A DNA stretch of 64,000 nucleotides from Ruditapes philippinarum (lineage: Eukaryota), in assembly GCF_026571515.1 (NCBI RefSeq), contig NW_026865054.1, positions 62,001 through 126,000 of the forward strand. Direction: 5' to 3'. Positions 54,446-64,000 of the stretch are shown one piece after another; positions within the stretch are counted from its first letter, which is position 1; each line of letters opens with the position of its first letter. The translations under genes and the position numbers were made by a program. The notes under the pieces are model-generated. The model was not told the DNA's origin, searched no databases, and was given only the letters and a program-made list of their open reading frames with translations.

Positions 54446-57364
54446 TTGTTAATAACAAAAACGAGATGTAAAATGTTTTTATTTTTCCCATCAATTTACA
54501 AGTGCTAAATAATGAAAGTGCCTTACTCCACCTGTTACTGTAACGATAGAAGTGATATTTGCATTTTGCAGTAGAGCGCCTAATCAAGTGACATTTTTAT
54601 CAAGATTTCGAGGACGTTACATGCACGTTGGGCACGCAAGAACAAAATGACTTCATATTCTATTTTAATAACAGTAAATTATAGTGGTTATACTCAATTA
54701 ACTGGAAAGAGGCATTAGCCTCCTGATTTTGGGCAAAGCATCGCTAATTATAAAATTGGTAACTTGGGAAGTAAAATAGCCGATGTAGTTCAGATATTTG
54801 GGAAAACTGAATGATTTTGGGAAAAATTGATTGGGAAGAGGCTTAATGTGAATAATCACCGAATTAGCTATAATCTTTAAAGAAACAAGAACAAACTGAA
54901 ATGAGAATCACAATGGGAAATAATGCTGCATAATTATGGTACTGGTTTCAATGACGTTTAATAATAACTGATGGAACTACAAGAATTACAGCTGAAATGT
55001 GACAATTTCGTGCAGGACTAAGCAGAAAACGAAGAAGAAAGAAGAAATTATGAAGATATTTTAATTATGTTTTATTCTAAAAATAAGATTTTTATTGTAT
55101 TATAAATTCAAATTAAAGATTTTCGATCGGGCAAATGGCCGTATATATAAACGGTTGTTTGCAATATAACCCTCGCCTAGCCGCTCAGGTTATATATACA
55201 AACCACTTGTTTATATACAGCCAACACCTGTTAAAATCTTGAAAAAAAAACTTGAATAAGCCATGTATTTTTTTAAATGAAAATTTACGGGAAAAATTTA
55301 AAAAAGGGGTGAGGAAAATTTAAAAAAGAAAAAAAGCTTTTCCCTTAGGGTTCTTATCTTAGGATTTTATATTCATTTTTTTTTTTTTTAAATATTTTTT
55401 TAGATATTGGCTAAAATCATAATTAATGTACTTAACGCGAACTATTTGGGCATTTCATTATATTATTTGAACATATCATTTCGAGTTCATAGTCACCTAT
55501 TGTTACTTCATTCAAAAAATAATATTTTAGGTGCTTTTCTATCCATGTCCTTTTTATATATTGATAGAAAAGTTTATTTTATTTTTTCTAAGCGATAAAT
55601 GAACAAAGCACTTCCTTTTTGTTGTCAGTTTTCTTAATTAATATATATTTTGGGCTAAAAATACGTACGATATGTTTTTGTGTTGTAATTATTGTGAATT
55701 CAGAATTATCTTCATTTGAAACATTCAAAAATGACTTTTTATATGCACAATCTTTCTTATAAAGACATCTACATAGACCGGTTCAATCCATTCTCGAACG
55801 ATAAAGCTAAGGAAGCTAAAATTAGTTCACTTAAATATTGAAAACATTTCTCCGGGCACGGTCATATAAATAAAATGTGCTAACCATATTTTATGGGTCA
55901 AGAGTGAAGTACATGCATATAATTATTCATAATTATTAGTTATCTATATTTTTTCTTCAAAGGGAGATATGCATTTATAACTTGAACTGCAGTAACTTAA
56001 GATTCTATTAGACATGTTCATTGATACAGGTTTCTTCTCAGAATCAAATTGATTGGCACTGAAGTAGATTATGCATATCGAATCGCCATTATGAATGCCA
56101 ACTTCCGTTTTGCATTTCACTATCTAACAGTTTCTTTTTTACATAAATTTAATTTGTACTTTTTTTTCGCTGGCCGAAATCACAATGTGTCCGAATCTAT
56201 TTTAAAATGGGAATGATTGAGGTGTACAGGGTATGTATGTTTGACTTAAAGTGAATTTTGCTTTTCATGTTAGAAGTAACTTTTTGAAGAGTATTAAATT
56301 GGGGAAAGTAGGAACCACATGCTCAAAATGTCTTTACATTCTACTTAAAAGCGCTATCCATCAATCAGTTATTTGTACCCCCCCCCCCCCCCCCGAGGCA
56401 GTTCTGGTGACAGCAGGTGAACATGAACCTACTTTTCACTTTCCAGCCGTCCTCGAGCTAATTTATTAATATGATGCTTGTTGTTTTGTTTTGTTTTGAT
56501 TTTGTTACGACAAAACTATCATGTACAATACATAAATGAAACTATAAATTGGTCATTTTAACGACATATACATCTCTGTGTCGTGGTGGAAAGATATTTT
56601 TACATCTACTCTGGGACTTTAAATATACATTTTTAAGTCCCATGACGTACCAGACAATGTTTTAGCATTGTATTGCATGATTAAATGTAGTAGAAACTTT
56701 AAAAAAATGATAACATACTATGTAGTATAATGTACTAAATTGTACTTAATAATATTAAAGGACAAACGCTGTGATACAAGTTGATTAATTTATACACATA
56801 CTGGTATATTTTTTTTCATTATTATTTTATGGGGAATTCAAATGATTCCATTTAAATACATATGTAGATAACAAATTTGTGAACATATATAGAGCATGTA
56901 TTCTTTTAACATCAAACATCGGGCCCTGCTGTGGCCTTCTATTGAAAGTTGTCTTTTTTTTAAAATGCCATGACTTGAAATTCCTTAGGTCTATATTTTT
57001 TGTGCCTCGTAATTGATGATCTAAGTGTATATCTTATGGTTTCCATGTTGAGATAAAAAGTAAAAATCATGTTTCAACTATTTTTGTCCTCATTATTTTG
57101 CTTAAACCACTTAAGAGGCACTCCTATGTACTTTCAAGTAGAAAAGCTATCTGTGATATTTGCTTTATTCAAACAGTTTGATAAAACATTAAAAATTGTC
57201 AAGTAAAATCTTGTGTTTGTTTTGTACATTGCGATATATCTTGTTAAAAAGAATAGTTTTGTCTTCCGCGTGAGATACTCTTAAGGTGATACATCCATTG
57301 AAATATTTTGTTAAAATTCGTGTTAACCTAAGTAATAGTGTAAATAATCTGTATCTCGTAATAA

Positions 57365-57622
57365 CGGCTGTAAACCATTTTGCATTCACTAGAGCACAGT
57401 TCAGCCACCGCATCATTCCTGGACAGGCTATCAAGCAGTATACCAGGACTAGTTGCTTTCAATTCTGCAAGGAACTGATATCTTCTATACATGCCAGAGC
57501 AGAGGTTAGGTGCGAATGACCGTAGAAAGGATTTCTTGATCAATCACAATAAACGTGACTTGCACCGTCCGGGAATCGATCCCCGGCTCTCCGATTCACA
57601 GTCCAACGCTCTACCGGACTGA
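57365..57622 (-). mobile_element. tRNA-derived SINE (Meta-domain-like)
   Basis: On -: TCAGTCCGGTAGAGCGTTGGACTGTGAATC...GGGATCGATTCCCGG, then GATTGATCAAGAAATCCTTTCTACGGTCATTC. A degenerate relative lies at about 24170-24420 (+). Confidence 0.7.
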
Positions 57623-60189
57623 TATTTGTTCACAGTGAAACAAAACCACCGTGTATTTCTGGTAACCTGAGTCCGAAACCGACCTTTTCAACAGCTTAGA
57701 GTAATATTTCAGTTTATAAATGGCATAAGTAAATATCATGACCGTGTAATCCTTGCCGTCAATATCAGCTTTAGTATTAAACCACGCAGTTTCGTCTTTT
57801 TTCAACAGTAAAAACATCAACACACGATAAAACTGATTGATGGCCGATTTCAAAAGGGATACATCTTAAAGATAATTTGTTCTATCCTTCGATTTTAATT
57901 AAATTTGAATTTTTAGTGAAATAATAAAATGAAATATATCGATTTTAAAACCTTGAATTTTCTTAAATGGGTAAAATACCTTAGGTCAGAAAAAGCAAAT
58001 ACTTGAAACGGCTTTATTTCAAGATCTTTTTTTCTCTCACTTTAATTTTTTAAGATATACTTGATATCGCCGTAAAAATAGTTTTGAAACATTACTTGTA
58101 TATACTTTGCCTTAGAGTTTTACCAAATCATAACATTATTTGTTTGAGTTTTTCAAATGCATAAACTTTAAACAGTTATTGTAATATTTTGATTATGCCT
58201 GAGAAAGTTCCACTTGTAGCCTTCATTTTGCAGTTATTTATGACCCAATGTAAATGAAATGGTTTTGGAAACGCTATCCATCTGCGTTTTTATGCCGTAT
58301 TAAGAGACGTATTTTTTTTCTTTTTTTTTTTTTTTTTTTTTTTTCATTATGAACGGATTTATATTTGAACGAATATAATAACAAAATGTATTTTGAAAGA
58401 TAAAACATTATTTTGGGGTTTTTTTTTCATTTAGTAATAAATTAAATCTTTAAACCATCAGGTTCTATCTATACACCATAGCGAGACTATGATGTCACGC
58501 TCAGGGTCCCCGTGTTTTTTTCCAGTTGCCAAATATTCCCTTAAGAGAAGGTATGCAAGTAGAATTCCAAATATGACTTGCGGTGCTCTCTTGCGTACAT
58601 GGAAATGAAGAATTCAATCAAACTGGCATGTGAGGAAGGTTGTTCTGATACAAAGACCTTTTATTTGAATAACAATAGTTTAACCACAATTATTGACATG
58701 TGCTCTTTTGATAACAAATTTGTTGTGGTGAAATTCTTAATAAAACAACTTACCTAATAGTTTGAATTACAGGGATCTAGGCATTTAAGAAAATTAATAT
58801 ACATAACTGTTACCAAACTCTCTCTCTTTGAAATGCGAATTTCTGGTAAAAATGGAACATTCTATATCTCATAGGTAACAATTTTGAAACCCACATATTT
58901 GAAACGCCCCTCTCTAATCTGTAAAACTATCTGCCAGATGACCTTCTAGCTTAGCTTCTTCCTTGCACAATTTTGGAGCTTCTCTTGGTATATTTAAAGC
59001 AAATGGTTACACAGTAAGACAAAAATAATACAAGATACAAACACCAATTGTTGATTTTGAGTTTTTATTATTGTTTCAATATACAGTTAGTGCTGCTGAA
59101 TGCAGCATAATATGAAATCATTGATGTAGAAATAACTTAAATGTAAAATAAATCAATAAATAAAATACAGGAATGGACGGATTTTAAGCATGAGATATCA
59201 ACAAAAATGTCGCACAACAAGCATAGTAGAAAATACAATAAAACTTGTACAAAGTGACCGCCTACTAAGTGTATACCATAATATACAATGTCATGGTCAT
59301 CAAAGATAGCTGGTCTTATATAGAAAATTCAACAAATATTATAGAAAGCGACCACAAACAAATTGTATTCTATAATGGCCAAGGTTGTTATAGATAGTTG
59401 GTCTTATTTAAAAAGACCACCTATTTATTCTGACAATATCTGTCATGGTCGTTAAAGACAGTTCAGACAAAAGAGCTGAAGAAGACAAGAAACACTTGCT
59501 TTGTAATAATAAGAAACAATCTTTAACCAGAACATTGGCAGTCCTAACAAAATATTCAATATAGAATGCCTTTCATAGCACAGCTAAGAATACTTAATAA
59601 CTGACTTCCTTCAACATTTAGTGCTTTATGCACATATAATCTTTTTACAAAGTTACAACATTGAAAAATTGTAAAAGTGGAGAAACAAAATTTACTAATA
59701 ATGTGGAGTGAACACTTAAAATTTTTTTTTTACATTTGTAACAGATACTTGTGACCATCTTGTAATTTATTTTCTGGTTTAAAACTTATACACTAACATA
59801 CAAAAGTACTTTTTTGTAAAATAGCCTACTTACATGATTAAAGTTTAAGAGGTTCTAAACATTCTTTACAACTGGTTTAGCAGATAATATTTTTATGATG
59901 GTTTAAATGTAAACATATCAGTCTAAAATGCCGATGATAAATTCAACATTTTAGGACCTCAACCTTATGTTAAGCAAATAATGCTCTAGTTTTCAGATTA
60001 TGGTAAAACTAAGTATATGTTTTGTGAGCCTCGTAAAAAATTTACTATATACCTATATATTTACTGATAAAAATGCGGTCACATTGAAATAAAGAAACAT
60101 AAATATCTGGAATCAACATTTTTGTATTTTCACACTTTGTATTGCTTAAGTTGTAATTTGTACCATTTAATTCATACTAATTTATTATA

Positions 60190-60305
60190 GTTTGATTTTG
60201 TTGGAATCTATAAGCTTATTAAAACGCTTTTGAATCCGTTCCTGGAACCAACCAGTACTGAGCAATGAGTGTAACGTTTCTTGCACACGGAAACAACGAC
60301 TGACG
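60190..60305 (-). mobile_element. CORE-like SINE fragment
   Basis: TTCCTGGAACCAACCAGTACTGAGCAAT is the reverse complement of the core at ~42075. Confidence 0.7.
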
Positions 60306-60370
60306 TAACAGAGTATGCAACTTCACAAAAATAGTTTATACATTCACTTATTGAAATTAGACATATTCAG

Positions 60371-60745
60371 GAAGAATTTACTAGATTTCAATAAATTTCT
60401 GCAATAAAAGTATTTTACCCAAAAATGTGCATAGAATATCTTAAGTAACATCCAATCATGAAAGAAATTGATTTTTCAAGAAGAAAAAATAGAATATAAT
60501 ATTATAAAATCTGGTAAATTCTGTGATTTCCAAACTACTGACAAACCTAAAATTTACATAAGTAATTTACCAGTAAAATAAATTGAGCATACTGAATTTT
60601 TTCAAAGCTGGATGGTGGCAAATTAGGTAATAATTTTCAAATATAAGTTATTCAACAATATCATTAAAATTATACAATGCTCATCTTTGGGTAAAATACA
60701 TGTACTTTTATTGCAGAAATTTATTGAAATCTAGTAAATCCTTCA
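60371..60745. mobile_element. MITE-like element with ~70-bp inverted arms
   Basis: GAAGAATTTACTAGATTTCAATAAATTTCTGCAATAAAAGTA ... TACTTTTATTGCAGAAATTTATTGAAATCTAGTAAATCCTTC. Confidence 0.75.
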
Positions 60746-61408
60746 ACTGTAGTGTGTAGAGCTTAAAATTTAATATATTTTCTCTTTGTGTATTCAAAAT
60801 ATGTTAATAAAGACTGAATAGTAATCATCTGGGTGTTTTTTTTTACTATCAAATTTGAGCATAACATATCTTTAAAGTTATCCATGTCTCTAAAAGATTT
60901 CTGCCATGGCAATATCTCTCAAATATGAAGAAAAAAAAACGACCAAGATAAATAAATACTTTCTTGACTACCATTATGTCACTATTTTAAGAGAGCAACA
61001 AAGAATCATATATGGTTCATATTCATTTCTTTGCATATTTTTTTTCAGTAATTTATTAATTTATCACAAGACATATTTCATAATTATATGAAAATTAAGT
61101 AACCACTTACTGCCATATGTAATGTTTCTGAAGAGGAAAATTTTCATTTATGAAATGTGAAAAAAATAGTTATAATTTCTACAAAAATTGTCTTTCACAA
61201 AAATTATGCTATATGACAAATGTTAAAGTATGTCAACAAAGTAAGAAAATGAGTTTTCCATTGCTATTATTGTTGCTATCACATAAAAAATAACTCGAAA
61301 GTCACAATTTATACCCTTACAAGTCTCATTTGGCATTCTTAAACAAGCTCTTAATATACAATAAATAAGTTATTACACATGTAACACAGACACTAACACT
61401 GATATTAG

Positions 61409-62336
61409 CTATCGGTATTCATAACCGTATCCGTCTTCTTCCACTAATTGCGGATGTTGTCCTCCATACCCGTAGCTTTGTGGGTAGTGTTCATACTCGT
61501 CTAGCATCAAAGGGCGACCATATTCATCAACAGGCTGACCGTACTCGTCCACTTGGTCGTAATCTAAGGCGTTACCGTTCACAAAACCCATGTTGGAATC
61601 TGGTCTAGCAAACGGCTCATATTCGTTACCATATTCAGTTCCGTACCTGTTTTTGTACAAATTAAAATTATTGAAAATATTGCAACAATCAAACCTATTG
61701 TAGATAAGTTGACAGATGATGTATGAATAAATAAGTCCCAATTGCTACAAACAAACTGTATATTCAGTTCCGTACCTGTTTTTTGTACAAATTAAAATTA
61801 TTGAAAATATTGCAACAATCAAACCTATTGTAGATAAGTTGACAGATGATGTATGAATAAATAAGTCCCAATTGCTACAAATAAACTTGTGTAATAACCA
61901 TTTTTCACACTAAAAATACATTTACCAAAGCATTTCCCTGTTTTATAAAACTTCCAAAGCCATTATAAAAAGTAAATCATTTGCAATAAAAACTAATAAC
62001 ACCGACATATCTGTGTACAACCAGTACTTACACATTAACCAATTGAATCAAAGAACTTTCCAAGATTTTTTTTTTTTCAAACAAAAAAATCAGAAAGTAT
62101 ACAAATAAAAGATCCCTTAGAAAGTATACTTGTCAAACTAAGTATTAATTTTATAACAAAAAATCCTGACAAATTGCGCAATAAATAACATTCCTAATTG
62201 CAATTATTGTCCATACTGAGCAATATATTCACAAAAACAAATATTGAAAACAAGTATACTCACCCGTACATGCCATTTTCATCAATATATTCAGGTGTTA
62301 GATGACCATCCATCACTAGAGAAGGATCATATCCAT
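61409..62336 (-). CDS. Last two coding exons of an unidentified gene with a Tyr/Gly/Asp/Glu-rich C-terminus; the gene continues to the right
   Basis: Exon 62336-62264 (TTTTAG|..DGYDPSLVMDGHLTPEYIDENGMY GG|GTGAGT, phase 2) joins exon 61646-61409 (CAG|G YGTEYGNEYEPF...DEYGQPVDEYGRP...YGYEYR*). Confidence 0.75.
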
Positions 62337-62378
62337 CTAAAAATATAAATCACATTACAATATACATGTATTAACAAT

Positions 62379-62685
62379 GAGTGTTCAAAGAGTAAATGGC
62401 AAGGAGTGTTCAAAGAATATCTGGGTGGTAATAGAGTTGCCATTAAGTTTTGTTAAAGAGTTTTTGGGTGTTCAAAGAGAAACCTGCATGGGTAGTTCAA
62501 GATAATCCAAGTGTTCGAACAGTAACTGTTAAGGGTTGTTCAAAGATTATTTATGTGTTCAAAGATTGTCCATAAAGGGTTGTTATAGTTTTTGGGTGTT
62601 ACAGAGAGTACCCTGCATAGGTAGTCCAAAGATTATCCAAGTGTTCAAAGAGTAACTGTAAAAGGTTGATCAGATTCCAGTGTTA
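62379..62685. repeat. Degenerate tandem repeat built on GTGTTCAAAGA
   Basis: GTGTTCAAAGA(G/T)TA recurs about 8 times, with a ~130-bp higher-order repeat (CCTGCATRGGTAGT twice). Confidence 0.65.
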
Positions 62686-63106
62686 AGATATACAAAAAGG
62701 AAATTTGAAGACAAATGCATGATTATTATAACAAAATTTTAAGAAATATTTGTAAACAATGTGATGAGTTAAAAGATATGCCAAATATTTGGAAATTTTG
62801 TACAATTAACCATGATAATAAACAATGAAAATGTTCCAGATACTTTTTAAACATTCCTTATAACATAAAAGATGGTAAATGTTTGAATTCACAGCTATCA
62901 CACCCATAAACAATTAATTATTTGTAAATGAGAATACACATAATTGCAGCAATAAACCACTCTCAAACTCTTAACTGAAAAAGGTCTGAAACTGTTCAAA
63001 TATCAGTGAATATTAACTGATTCCTTTAAGATTGGATCTGTCAGGATAACAAACATACAGTACTAATGCTTCCATATGATATAAATTTCCTCACCTTATA
63101 AATCAC

Positions 63107-63567
63107 TAACCTTTAAACTGCTATAACATTTGTGTAATGGATTTGCCCTGATTTGAATTAGGAACAGTCCATTTAAAGTGTCAGGGATTTCAGTATCAAA
63201 ATCCAACAGTATAGATTAGAAAGTGGAACAGTCCATTTAAAGTGTCAGGGATTTCAATATCAAAATCCAACAGTATAGATTTGAATGTGAAACAGTCCGT
63301 TTAAAGTGTCAGGGATTTCAATATAAAAATCCAACAGTATAGATTAGAAAGTGGAACAGTCCATTTAAAGGGTCAGGGATTTCAATATCAAAATCCAACA
63401 AATGTGGAGCAGTCCATTCAAAGAGTCAGCGATTTCAATTTCAAAATCCACATAAATTACCAACAATATAGACTCTGGTCAGTCTGTAAGTAGATACAGG
63501 CTGGGACTGGCTCTATACTGGTGGCAAAACTTGGTCACTTTTAGTTTCTGCAGGTTAAGGGGTTAAA
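63107..63567. mobile_element. TTAA-type MITE with an internal 64-bp tandem array (~4.5 copies)
   Basis: Units GGAACAGTCCATTTAAAGTGTCAGGGATTTC at 63161, 63225, 63289, 63353 and ~63406; termini TAACCTTTAAACTGC / GCAGGTTAAGGGGTTAA. Confidence 0.7.
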
Positions 63568-64000
63568 ATACAGACAACTACTATTGCTATACAGTCACAA
63601 CAAAACAACAATGTCATATCTAAACTGAAGCAGCAAAATTTTATATTATTAGTTATACATTTTTTTGACAGGTTAAATGCCCCTTTTTTATATCAAATTT
63701 ATAATACAGCAAAACTCCTTTTTTTAATAAAAAAAGGGAGAAATTTCTTCAAAAATTGATAGCAGTCATGTATATAAAACTATATCAACATCCCAATTAT
63801 CCAATGAAAATCAACATTACAAATGTGCAGTATTATAAAGATAGAAAGAAAACAATCAATTAATTTCACTTCTAAAATACCATGTATTGTTACAAACAAC
63901 AAAATCAAGCCTTCTATAGACTTATTATTCATAATTCAGAACATAATTATCTATTCTAGAAAATTATCTAGACCATAGGAAATAAATTTCACTTGAAGCA

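Noticed and set aside
57550-57622. tRNA-His(GTG) gene
   Set aside because: The 5' end is missing, the T arm is degenerate, and it runs into a SINE body.

Overview
This is AT-rich, intron-containing animal DNA, and its repeats (HINE/pearl-like satellite carriers, tRNA-derived V/CORE/Meta-type SINEs, TTAA MITEs) suggest a bivalve mollusc (inference). Genes rebuilt by hand from splice sites and phases: (1) first coding exon of a natriuretic-peptide/guanylyl-cyclase-receptor-like gene (-, 2500-2800, rest not found); (2) a 5-exon secreted perlucin-like C-type lectin (-, 4610-7177); (3) a 10-exon WDR31 (+, 17436-35243); (4) a 2-exon sulfiredoxin (-, 42390-43687) head-to-head with (5) VHL (+, 44705-46443); (6) a caveolin-like gene with a disrupted middle (+, 53739-54445); (7) the last two exons of an unidentified Tyr/Gly/acidic-tailed gene (-, 61409-62336). 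A decayed multi-exon relic and a ~215-bp minisatellite occupy about 9.3-15.5 kb. Introns and intergenic DNA hold three truncated LINEs, many MITEs (some nested), SINEs and Helentron-type elements. The most striking item is a 394-bp non-coding LTR retroelement (TRIM) in WDR31 intron 1 (17590-17983, - strand). It has two 144-bp TG..CA LTRs with only 2 differences, a tRNA-Lys PBS, a polypurine tract and a 4-bp TSD, and each LTR carries a complete tRNA-like cloverleaf with Pol III A/B boxes and a T5 terminator: a tRNA analogue of the 5S-carrying Cassandra TRIMs (Helenus-type). Other points of interest: a strand-specific GA>AA hypermutated duplication, duplicated splice acceptors in two genes, and a compact SRXN1/VHL bidirectional promoter. 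Some stretches look like low-quality consensus, so several frameshifts may be assembly errors.
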